NCBI GenBank assembly: GCA_000934665.2
Contig: KZ538591.1
Span: 1-60,157, forward strand
Direction: 5' to 3'
DNA: 60,157 nucleotides
Source of the DNA: Catajapyx aquilonaris
Taxonomy: Eukaryota
Part shown: positions 45,637 to 56,934 of the stretch, one piece after another
Position numbering within the stretch: position 1 is the first letter of the stretch
How the letters are laid out: every line of letters begins with the position of its first letter
Made by a program: the position numbers and the translations under genes
The notes under the pieces: model-generated
What the model saw: only the letters and a program-made list of their open reading frames with translations
What the model was told of the DNA's origin: nothing
Database searches by the model: none

Positions 45637-48600
45637 ATGGAACGTAAGGGGACATTCAAGGTGGAGTTCCTCCAGGCGATTGAGAAGGAGGTGCAGGAGC
45701 AATGGGAAAGGGAGAGGATCTTCCTGGAGGATGCACCCAGCAGTGGAAGGGGGAGCAAGTTTTTTGTGACTTTCCCCTACCCATACATGAATGGGAAGCT
45801 GCACCTTGGGCATACTTTTTCACTGTCTAAGTGTGAGGTTAGCATCCCTTTTTTGCACATGATTATGGCTCGCTACTATAAAGGTGCGTTTACATGTGAG
45901 CGATTTGACGAGCGAAATCTTCGGCAAGGGTGAGTAAAACAAGTAACTAATATTGTTTGAGGTGAAAATCGATTGTTAATTTCAGCCTCGGCGAAGATTT
46001 TGCTCGTCAAATCACATGTAAATGCACCTTGAATCCTATTTTATTGTTCTTGTTGGTGTCTAAGCATAACTTATAAATTGTAAGTGAACTTATAGGTATG
46101 TGCGTGTGTGTGATTTAAAATGTATATTATATAGGTTTCTGTTTACCCACCTATTAATAATATCATACCCCGTTATCAGCCAGCGGCTCTTTAAGGGGGA
46201 GTTTTGTTTTGACTGGAACTCTTTGCATTTTTACTTCGCTTTTGGGGATAGGATAGGGATGGAAGGAAGCGGCTGTGGCCTATTATTTTAGGAAACAACC
46301 CCGGAATTTACCTGGAGGGACCGTGGGAAACCACAGAAAACCACGATTAGGGTTGCCGGCCCCGGGGATCAAACCCAGGACCTCCTGGTTAGCAGTCGGA
46401 TAACATATCCCCTCCGCCACCACTGCTTCGGTTTTTACCCACCTATTTAACTTGTCCGTGGGGGGACTTGGAACCAATTGACCAATTTCCAGATGCGCGC
46501 CTCTCGCGGCCAATTTTGGCCTGCCATTCAAATGGCGGCGTTATGAGAGCAGAGGCGGGATTTCCCTGTCCCAGCCCATGTTAAATGGCCTCTGCTTGCT
46601 CGCGTCTGGGAGTCTGGCTCCGGGGCAGATCTTGTTGACATATTTTTTTGTGGAGTGAGGAGGTTCCTGGCCTGCCCTCACCAGGTTCCAAAAGTTAATT
46701 GGCCCCCAGGCGGATTGCCCCCGGAGTGATTTTGTGAATTCTGATCGTGCTTTTCTCATTGCTATCAGTGGGGCTTAACGTCGGCCTATTTCTGCTGCTA
46801 AGGCTAAACACCGACGCCAGGGGGTGGTCCTCCTCCTGGAAATTTTGCCACTGTGTGGATCTTTAACGTGCACTCCCGCAATGTCACAGGCACACGGGAC
46901 CGACAGCTTTACTTCCCCTCCGAGGGAAGGCGCACTCTCCCTTATTTACCACCCGGGGAAATGACACCGACCTCGGCCGGGTTCAAACCCACAACTTTGG
47001 GTCTAGAGGCGAGCATGCTAACCACCAGACCACCAGCGCTGGCTTCTTTTCTCATTGCTGTCCGGGCTCCAATTGTCCGCGTCTGGTGGTCTGGCCCCGG
47101 GGCAGATCTTGGTGAGATTTATTTTTTTTTATGAGGAGGTTCCCACACTCGGGTTCCAAAACTTAATTGGCCCCGTGGTGGACTGCCCCCGGAGTGACTT
47201 CGTGAGTGCAAGTTTCTCATTACTAGCCGGCCTCTCATTGTCCGCGTCTGATGGTTTGGCCCTGGGGCAGATCTTGCTGGTAATTTTTTTTAAGTAACCA
47301 GGGACCGGACCTTCCCTTACCAGGTGCCTGAAGTGAATCGGCCTGGAGGCGAACTGCCCCCGGAGTTATTTTGTGAGTGGTGCTGACCACGCTTTTCTCA
47401 TTATTATCCGCCCTCTTTTGTCCGCGTTTGGTGGTTTGGCCCCGGGCGGATCTTGCTGAGAATTTTTTAAATGGTTCCATTAATTTCATAAATTATAGCA
47501 CAATTTTAGACTCCCTGCATAACAGAACTGCTGCAAAAATATGCATGTATACGGTATAGATACGTATCGCAAACATTTAGATGTTAGAAGAAATGACAGA
47601 TTAAAAAAAAAAAAAAAGAGCAAGCTACAAACTTACACACAGTCAAAAGTAAGGTCCATTATCAAAAGGGTTCTTGCTCAACAAGATCTGCCCCGGGGCC
47701 AAACCACCAAACGCGGACAATAAGAGGACGGATGATAATGAGAAAAGTGTGGTCACCACTCACAAAATAACTCCGGGGGCAGTTCGCCTCGGGGCCGATT
47801 CACTTCAGGCACCTGGTAAGGGAAGGTCTCGTCCCTGGTCACTCAAAAAAAAAATTAGCAGCAGGATCTGCCCCGGGGCCAAACCATAAGACGCGGACAT
47901 TTGAGGAGGCCGGATAGTAATGAGAAACTCACACTCACGAAATCACTTGGAACCCGGTACGGGAAGGGCGGGAACCTCCTCACTCGAAAAAAAAAATTAT
48001 CTCACCAGACAACCAGACCACCAGACAACCAGACGTGGACAATCAGAGCCTGGACAGCAATGAGAAAAGTGCTATCACCATTCACAAAATCCCTCCGGGG
48101 GGGGGGGGGGGGGGGGGGNACTTTTGGAACCTGGTGAGGGCAGACCAGGAGCCTCCTCACTCCAAAAAAAAATAAATGTCAGCAAGATCTGTCCCTGGGC
48201 CAGACCCCCAGACGCAAGCAAGCAGAGGCCATTTAACATGGGCAGGGATAGGAAAGTCACGTCTCTGCACATATAACGCCGCCATTTTGGCCGCGAGAGG
48301 CACGCAACTGGAAATTGGTTAATTATCGTGGATTACTGGGGGCTGACTAAAACCGAAGCAGGTTGGTGTAGTGGTTAAGGAGTGAAAATCGGGAGGTCCT
48401 GGGTTCGATTCCCGGGGCCGGCGATCCTGACTGTTGTTTTCTGTGGTTCTCCATGGTCCCCCAAGATAATTCCGGGGGCGCTTCCGTACAATAGGCTTCC
48501 CTCCTTCCCTATCCTTGGCCCCATCCATGTGTGAGGAAGATCTCAGAAAGAGGATAACATGGTGGTATTCCACCCCCCTAATGAAGCGCAGCACAATTGT

Positions 48601-51600
48601 TGCGCTTGTTTACACAAGTCATGATTGGTCCGCGGCGTCAACGCGACCAAAGACCAAAACTGTCGACGGCCTGTGTGTATGGGCCTTAAAGCAGTAGTTG
48701 AAGAGTCCTTTGCTCAGGTTCCCATATTTTGGCTTCATTGGGCAGCCTAAACATAGGGTTCTAGTGTTCTGGTTCTGTTGGGATGAGGTCACTGCATTTG
48801 ATCGCATTTCAATAGATTTTAACACCTTGTAAATTATGTTTGCAATTACACCACAACTGTTTATTATGTAAAATTAAAAGTTGTGTCCATTTAGTTTGCA
48901 GTTCGGTTCCAGCGCCTAAAAGGGAAGAAATGCCTCTTCCCATTTGGATTCCATTGTACTGGAATGCCTATCAAAGCTTGTGCAGACAAACTAAAAAGGG
49001 AAATGGAAGACTATGGATGCCCCCCAGTGTTTCCGGACATTGTAGATGACGATGCGAGTCAAGAGAAAATGGAAGTTGACCTGGTGCCTAAAGACAAGTC
49101 AAAAGGAAAGAAGGTGAGTTTCTTTATAGTATGTGTGGTGTCACTGACATGTCATGAGATGAGGATGTTTTAAGTAAGTAGGGCAAGTGAAATTTTTTTG
49201 CATTCCCTACTGTGCACATATTATAAATGGAAATGTATACATCTGAGAGCCCTATTGGTTTTCTGATGTTTCCTGCAATGGCATAAGTATCTGTATTATT
49301 TTTCTGTGGCTGCAGGACAAGCGAAACAAATATGGCCCAGGATGTAACTGTCCCCCCCATTTTTGGGAGTAGTATGGTTGGTTGTTGTCTCAGGAAAATG
49401 GGTTGGAAACCAACTGGGATTTTTGTAGGTGATAACAAAATTACTTCATAATTTTCAAATTATTTTGAGACTGCCATTTGCAATTTTTAAAACAGGTTTT
49501 TTTTTGTTTGGCAAGACACTGAAACTAAGCCAAACTCATAAGAAGGTGATTTTAAAATGTTACAGAGCAAGGCTGTGGCAAAGACGGGAGGCGCAAAGTA
49601 CCAGTGGCAGATCATGCAAAGTTTAGGCCTGAGCAACAATGAAATTGCCAAATTTGCAGATTCCAACCACTGGCTTCACTACTTTCCACCTTTGGCCAAA
49701 AAGGACCTCATGAGCATGGGCTTACATGTAAGTACTGTACCCTACAATTTACTGTATTCATGATTCTGTAGGCAGTCAGCTATTGATAGTTTTCTGATGG
49801 ACTTGAATTGTTAGTTGAAAATATTTCGTGCATATTGTTTGACATTGCACTATAATTTTTTTAATGTCAGGTGGACTGGAGACGTTCTTTCATCACAACA
49901 GATGCCAATCCCTTCTACGATAGCTTTGTTCGCTGGCAGTTTTCGCACCTGAAAGACAGGAAGAAGGTTCAGTACGGGAAACGATACACTGTCTTCTCAC
50001 CGAAGGATAACCAGCCTTGCATGGATCATGATAGGAGTTCCGGTGAAGGTGTGGGACCTCAAGAATACACGCTCATCAAGGTACACAGATAATGATGGAC
50101 CTTCCTCCGCTTTAAATATTGTGTAAAATTGCAATACGTGGGATTGAGTGCACATAAGGTATGGTTTTGTCAATGTAATCCTAAAGTTTTTTTTCTTACC
50201 CTGTTTAGATGCAAGCGATTGAGCCCATCCCGAAAGTTCTTCAGAGCTTGAAGAAACATGGCTCGATCTTTCTGGTGGCAGCAACACTTCGTCCCGAGAC
50301 GATGTATGGGCAAACCAATTGCTGGATTCACCCAGATATCAAGTACATTGCCTTTAAGACCCAGAAAGGGGAAGTGTTTATTGCTAGTCGTAGATCTGCT
50401 CTCAACATGGCTTACCAGGGATTTACACTGAAGGATGGGAAGGTGGATGTGTTGGCTGAATTTTTGGGGCAAGAGATTTTGGCCATGCCACTGAAAGCTC
50501 CACTAACTCCTTACGAGAAAATTTACACCCTTCCGATGTTGACTATCCGAGAAGAGAAGGGAACTGGGGTGGTGACCTCCGTTCCATCCGATGCTCCTGA
50601 TGACTTTGCTGCCCTCAGAGATCTCCAGAAGAAGCAGCCCTTCAGGGAGAAATATGGGATTCAGGACCACATGGTCATGCCATACCAGCCAGTGAGTTCT
50701 TTTTTCTCAATCTTTCCCTGACACTTGTAATAATTTCAATGTTTATCTCTGATCACAGGTGTCCATAATTGAAATCCCTGAGTTTGGTAGCCTGAGTGCT
50801 GTGGCAGTGTGCGAGCACCTGAAGATCCAGAGCCAGAATGATCGGGATAAGCTGGCAGAAGCCAAGGAAATGGTCTACCTCAAGGGATTTTATGATGGAG
50901 TTATGTTAGTTGGGGAACACAAGGGCAAGAAGGTGCAGGACATCAAGAAAAAGGTGCAGCAGAATTTGGTGGCCAAAGGGGTAGCAGTTGTTTACATGGA
51001 ACCAGAGAGGAAAGTCGTGTCTAGGTCAGTATTTCACTTATCCATATCTTTTTAATTCTCAGCCTACGATGTGCAAATAATAATATGTATCAGGAAGAAT
51101 TTATGCCTTGTACAGTGGAATCTTGTACTTAGAATGATCCAAAGTTTGATCGCTAATTTTGGGATAAATTTGATCCGGAGTTTGAACTACTCGCGCAGTG
51201 AACAAATTCGCTCGCTGTGTAAGCACCATATTTTGTGCACCAAAATTGTCTCTTGCTCTCGCTGTGGAAGCATCTCTTGCGTTACGCTTGTGTGTTTTCA
51301 GTTATTTTTTTGCTTAATTTTTGATGTACGATATTTAATTAACTTTGTATACAAAGATGTATCCACTTTCAAACAGTACCCTTCCTCCTCCTTTCCACCT
51401 TCCTCTCCACACAGGGCATAACTACTACTCACTCGAGCAGTAAATGCCATTTTCATTTTGTTATACGTACAGTGTTTACCTATTTTATTTTTATTTTGAT
51501 GTTTTAATTTATTATTTATGGCATTTGATCGTGTAATGGTTGCCTTCAATTACGGGTATTTGCTGTTATCAAAGTGGGTATTGTCTAGGACCTAGGGCTC

Positions 51601-52792
51601 TAGAGTCTGGGAACGGGTTAATTCACGTCATATTATGTACTATCATGGAAAAAATTGATTCGGACTTTGAACAATTCAGAGTTCAAATGTCGTCCTGGAA
51701 CGAATTAAGTTCGAGGCACCACTGTATTTGGATATGCAATAATGAATCAACCCACATGAGACCAGTTTTGGGGAAAGGGGCTTTGAACAGTTTGAAGGTC
51801 ATACCTGTGTATTTAATTTAGTGTTCTTTTCGGTCATTTACGGCAGAAGTATGCAGATTTAACCAGCGTGTTTTGAACTGAATGAAGTAGGATCCTTTAG
51901 GTATGTATATGTTCCTGGGCTTAGCTCAATTTTGACTTTTTGTGGGTTGACAAAATTATTGCATAACACAGTCCATGCACACCATTTGCTAGTTAACTTT
52001 TCGGTCATTTGTGGCAGAAGTATGCTGATTTCGCCACCTTGATTTTAACTTAATGAAGTACTATTCTTTGGGTGTATATCCTGGGCTTAACTCAATTTTA
52101 ACATTTTTGTGGGTTGACCCATTATTGCATAAACCATCCATTTCCTGATCAAATGAGTTTTTTCAATGGCCAAGTCATAGCAGAAAGATATGGGTAAACA
52201 TCTGCATAAACACATTGCACTAGTAGGTTTGCATAAATCTGGGGAATATTGAAAAATGTACCACAGGGAAATTTGATACGATTTTTGATCTCTAAATGGG
52301 TACATAAATGTGGGACTTTTTTCTGAAAAAATATACACGTGGTCCTCTGAACATTCTAATTCTGTATAAAAACCAGGACTCGAAGGCTGCTTCCAAAACA
52401 AAAAGGAACAACTACTAATATCACTTGGCTCACCCTCCTGCCCAAACAGTCTGGCAGTGATGTCACAGGATTTCAAATGATATATCTCCATCACAGAGCC
52501 CATTTTTCATGCATGCATTTGCATCATTATCCTGACGATTAAATGGTCATTAATAACCAGAAATACTAACATGTTTTACCGTATATTCAATGTGATGTTT
52601 TCAGGTCTGGAGATGAATGTGTTGTAGCACTCTGTGACCAGTGGTACCTTGACTATGGTGAAGAGAAGTGGAAAGAGCAGGCTCTGAAAGCACTTGCAAA
52701 CATGGAGCTCTATCATGAGGAGGTCAGGAAGAATTTTATGGCCACTCTGGACTGGCTCAAAGAGCATGCTTGTTCCAGGACTTATGGTCTGG
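45637..52792 (+). CDS. LARS1: Cytosolic leucyl-tRNA synthetase, 5' part (exons 45637-45837, 48895-49113, 49566-49727, 49871-50080, 50209-50691, 50759-51024, 52605-52792; continues beyond the window)
   Basis: MERKGTFKV...[14 protein letters not shown] (HIGH motif), [45 protein letters not shown]1 editing motif [41 protein letters not shown]; all GT-AG junctions are in phase. Confidence 0.97.
45882..46029. mobile_element. PIF/Harbinger-type (Tourist-like) MITE
   Basis: AGGTGCGTTTACATGTGA...TCACATGTAAATGCACCT; same family as 53156-55936, which has a TTA TSD. Confidence 0.7.
46156..46433 (-). mobile_element. tRNA SINE (family F)
   Basis: Minus-strand head ACCGAAGCAGTGGTGGCGG...GGGTTTGATCCC; TSD TTTACCCACCTATT at 46142-46155 and 46434-46447. 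Confidence 0.85.
46476..48324. mobile_element. Foldback element with modular tandem subrepeats in both arms
   Basis: Arms ~46476-47460 and ~47675-48324 are inverted; each holds about three diverged units containing GGCCCCGGGGCAGATCTTG and TGCCCCCGGAG; exact termini unclear. Confidence 0.8.
46764..47046 (-). mobile_element. SINE family C copy inside the foldback arm
   Basis: Reverse complement of 22157-22440; TSD TTTTCTCATTGCT at 46751-46763 and 47047-47059. Confidence 0.87.
48352..48697 (+). mobile_element. tRNA SINE sharing the family F head and body but with a different 3' part
   Basis: ACCGAAGCAGG TTGGTGTAGTGG...GGTTCGATTCC; body GTTTTCTGTGGTT...TTCCGGGG...CCTTCC matches 46250-46433 on the - strand; 3' end approximate. 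Confidence 0.7.
51113..51724. mobile_element. Tigger/pogo-like MITE
   Basis: TA-CAGTGGAATCTTGTACTT...AAGTTCGAGGCACCACTG-TA; related end at 44268 (CAGTGGTGCCTCGTACTTCG). Confidence 0.65.
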
Positions 52793-52873
52793 GTGAGTTG
52801 CTTTTGACCTGTCTCAAAACAGGTAACGTAACTGCCACTCCACCTTCTGCATCAGTGATTGGAGGAGCCTATA

Positions 52874-53036
52874 CAGTGCTGGACATTAATGGTCGAGTAC
52901 TGACAGCGACATGAGCTGTAGCGGCGAAAGAGCGAACCTGATCGGACCTATGAATAAGACAGGTCAGATCAGGTTTGCTCTTTCGCCGCTACAGCTCATG
53001 TTGCTGTCAGTACTCTGCCATTAATGTCGAGCACTG
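52874..53036. mobile_element. Short TA-flanked hairpin MITE
   Basis: TA-CAGTGCTGGACATTAATGG...CCATTAATGTCGAGCACTG-TA; almost fully palindromic. Confidence 0.8.
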
Positions 53037-53650
53037 TACGTGCATGGAATCTGTTATGTACCATTGCGATTGCCACATTGTGTCACTTAACCAGCCTTGG
53101 TAGAGGCTGAAATAATGTGGATATCTAAAAACAGTCTCCTCTTCGATAGGACTTAAGGTGCGTTTTAGTCCAGTCAAATTATGCGATTTTAGGCCTCAAC
53201 CTAGAACAAACTGCAACAGAAATGGTGTCAACTGATTCTATAGCAAAAAATGGCGCTGAAAACGATGGAACACAGTCTGCGACTGTCCGGTCGCCCCAAA
53301 AGCCGCCATCTTGAAAAAATGGCGGCCAAATCGGATATGTTGGACAAAAACATTTTTTATCACGAAGACGACTTGGTTTTAATGGAAAGTGAACTGGACA
53401 TAAATGAAAGAGCATAGAATGTCCTTCAAGACAACACTTTCATCTTCTCTGTAGAGTGCATAGTGTCGAATCTAGACAATTGTTTATGTATTCTCAAGTA
53501 TCGCATTTGCCATCTTATGGCAAACTGAGTCTTTCATGGTGAATTGGGATAAAAACAAAGAGTTCTTTAGGCCTGTGTGTGAAGTAGTGTACGTGAATAA
53601 CTGCATTTCATGCATTAATAACATTACATGGTTACATAGATCTCCAACTA

Positions 53651-55314
53651 CAGTAGCCTCCGGATATAACAGACTTCAATGGACTGCGGAATTCAGTCTG
53701 TTACAACCGAGATCTGTTGTAGGAAGATACACAGGGCATATATGGCAGTATGGCCGGTCCCAGCATACTTCCAAAAGGCCCTGTGCATATTCACTCCGGA
53801 TATAACAGACACGTTGTTCACCTCACATCGGCTATAACAGACAATTTCTTGGCCCTTCTGTGGGAAAATATGCTGTTTTCGATTACTTGGCGTCTACTTC
53901 CCACTTGTAGACATTATAACAACTAGTTCCTTGACATTTCCGAGCATGCTGTAGTACTCTGTACAAAGAAATTCGTGGTTTTTACAGTTGCATTGCTTTG
54001 TAGCACACTGACTTTTTGTACACCCATTGCAGATTTAGTTGATTTCTGCATTGCTTTAGGAAGTTGAGACTTTAGTGTCTCCCTCATTAGTCCTTCAGAA
54101 TCAAAAACTCTTGCAGGGATCGAAGTGCATCACAGTACGAAAATATGAGAACAGATTGAGAAATTCTTGTTATACGCCTATGTAGGAGCACACACCAACA
54201 ATAGTTGAAAAAACGATAATATTGTGTATATACTGTACATCTTGAAAGGAATCATTTCCACGGTGCACAGTGTGGTTCGAAATCAAATTCCGCACCTGTT
54301 TGTTTCTTTTCAGTGAAGGTGGTAGTGGAGTGTTTCTCAACCGAGGTTCTGCGAGCAATCGCCAGGATTCCACTAGAAATAGTGATGAGTAAGCTAATCT
54401 CGGCCATGTAAATGTATTTTTGAGTCACTAATTGATATAAAATAATTTTTATATAAGAGTTCCCTGAGACATGAATATTATTTCAAGGTTTCTGCAAGGG
54501 TAAAAAGGTTGAGAAACACTGGTGTAGTGAGTCATTCTCTTGCATTTATCATACTCCCTATAATTAGCTTCATTTCCAATATTGTGCTTGGTCAGTGTTT
54601 GGTATTTCTGAAATCAGTCTGTTATAACCGAGGTCTGTTATTGCCATCCCGCCATTTTTGCACCGAATACACAGGGTTTTCTGCATTCCATTTGCCTGTA
54701 ATGCACACTACCGCATACGGATTGATTTCTATCATTCTACAAAATGCGAAATTGGCTCATCCGTACATAACGCAGGACCAAAAAAAAATATTTCCTGCCT
54801 TCATTTTATCAGAAAAAGTATGACTTTGACCTGTTCGGCAAGTGTTATAGATCAGTGACACTTGGGAAAATCACAGCCTTTCCAGTATGCAGTGCTTCAA
54901 GGGGGTAATCACTTCGGTACTCCGGTGTACACTTGCAAGTGGTACTCCCAGGTACTCCTTAGGTACTTTACTCTTTGGTACTCCTTGGTACTCCTTGAAT
55001 TAGGTACTCCAGTGTACACTTTTCAGTCCAGTGGTTACCCCCTTGCAGTGCTTTCCTCGCGTGGGAAGTAGACGCCGAGTAATCGAAAACAGCATATTTT
55101 CCCACAGAAGGGCCAAGAAATTGTCTGTTATAGCCGATGTGAGGTGAACAACGTGTCTGTTATATCCGGAGTGAATATGCACAGGGCCTTTTGGAAGTAT
55201 GCTGGGACCGGCCATACTGCCATATATGCCCTGTGTATCTTCCTACAACAGATCTCGGTTGTAACAGACTGAATTCCGCAGTCCATTGAAGTCTGTTATA
55301 TCCGGAGGCTACTG
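53651..55314. mobile_element. pogo-like element with ~255-bp TIRs
   Basis: TA-CAGTAGCCTCCGGATATAACAGAC...GTCTGTTATATCCGGAGGCTACTG-TA; repeated ATAACAGAC motifs; inverted match extends to ~53905 and ~55061. Confidence 0.75.
54328..54521. mobile_element. Small hAT MITE, innermost layer of the nest
   Basis: GAGTGTTTCTCAACC...GGTTGAGAAACACTG; flanks TGGTAGTG / GTGTAGTG. Confidence 0.65.
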
Positions 55315-56170
55315 TAGTTGGAGATCTATGTAACCATGTAATGTTATTTATGCATGAAATGCAGTTATTCACGTATACTACTTCACATACAGGCCTAAAG
55401 AACTCTTGTTTTTATCCCAATTCACCATGAAAGACTCAGTTTGCCATAAGATGGCAAATGCGATACTTGAGAATACATAAACAATTGTCTAGATTCGACA
55501 CTATGGACTCTACAGAGAAGATAAAAGTGTCGTCCTGAAGGACATTCTATGCTCTTTCATTTATGTCCAGTTCACTTTCCATTAAAACCAAGTCGTCTCC
55601 GTGATAAAAAATGTTTTTGTCCAACATATCCGATTTGGCCGCCATGTTTTCAAGATGGCGGCTTTTGGGGCGACCGGACAGTCGCAGACTGTGTTCCATC
55701 GTTTTCAGCGCCATTTTTTGCTATAGAATCAGTTGACACCATTTCTGTTGCAGTTTGTTCTAGGTCCATCAACAATTTGACTGGACTATTTACATGTGAG
55801 CGATTTGTTCGCGGCGATGTATCTCAATCGATTGTGGGAAAAGTAACAATCGATTTTCGCCTCAAACAATACTGGTTACTTCGGTTACACAGCGATGTTA
55901 TCGCCGTGAACAAATCGCTCACATGGAAACGCACCTTTACTCCTGAAACAAACTGCTCGTATTGCAACCAACGGGCTCCTTTTGACTTATTCCACATCAT
56001 TTATGATTGTCCCTTTTTTTTCCACCCCCAGCTCCTCTTTCTTATACTCTTTCCCAACAGCTCCTGATTTAAATGTAACTGTGAGGACTAACACTATTTC
56101 CGGCAGTAATTTCTTTAATTTACACAATTTCTTAAGCGATGTCAGTAAGCTCATAAATTTCAGAACTTAA

Positions 56171-56585
56171 AGGGACACTCCACTCAAAATACAAGTTGGG
56201 TTCTAAAAATCGGGCAAAAAATCCTGATTCCAAGGGTATAAGGAGTTTTTCTTAGAGACGAACGGTAAGGCCAGTGTGAAAGCTGGAAGTGTGTCGTTCG
56301 AAAACCGTGCGCGGGGCGGTGGGCGCAGGTGGCGACGCCACTAGAGTGGAACCGGGCAGAACTAGACCAGGGTCGCCTGGCGCGGCAGGTGTTTACTGAC
56401 CGCGCTATACTTCTCCGGTTTGCCACGGGATGCTGTTGTATCACCCTTCTTAGCAGATGACGTGTGTAGATATATGATTTTCCGTGTTACCGTTGGGCGT
56501 AGAAAAAAACCAATTGCACACTCGGAATCCGGATTTTTTTTCCCTATTTTTGGAGGCCAACTTGTATTTTGAGTGGAGTGTCCCT
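56171..56585. mobile_element. Kolobok-type MITE
   Basis: TTAA-AGGGACACTCCACTCAAAATACAAGTTGG...CCAACTTGTATTTTGAGTGGAGTGTCCCT-TTAA. Confidence 0.8.
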
Positions 56586-56934
56586 TTAAAGTAATGAGTT
56601 CATAAGCCTTTTTTCTTTCTATTTTCCCCTGCTTTGTTTTTTCTTTTTCTTTCCCCACCATGCTACAAGAAGTGTTACATTGTTTCTTTATACTTTTCCT
56701 TGCCTAACCGTGTTTGTGTACTTGACCTAAATACACCTTTAACAATAAATGAAATGTAAGCTGGTCGTCTCCCCCCAAAGGCTTTGTAGCCCACCAGGGT
56801 AATGAAGTAGAAAAAAAGTTAATATCTGCCTTCACTACCTCCATGTGAGCCTACTATCCGTTTATTTAATATAGACCTCCTGTGTTTGACTCGAAACAAC
56901 TCCCAGGCAAATGATTCAAAAAAATGAAGTTATA

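Larger units (their letters stand above)
53166..55788. mobile_element. TAG-ended palindromic element with 3-bp TSD (possibly Academ-type)
   Basis: TAGTCCAGTCAAATT...AATTTGACTGGACTA flanked by TTT on both sides; arms 53166-53650 and 55315-55788 are near-identical inverted copies. Confidence 0.75.
53156..55936. mobile_element. Harbinger-type MITE, outermost layer of a four-level nest
   Basis: TTA-AGGTGCGTTT[insert]ACATGTGAGCGATTT...CACATGGAAACGCACCT-TTA; rejoined sequence matches 45882-46029. Confidence 0.8.

Noticed and set aside
46600..48200. CRISPR-like repeat-spacer array
   Set aside because: Eukaryotic intron; the units are long diverged tandem modules mirrored in inverted arms, with no unique spacers or cas genes.
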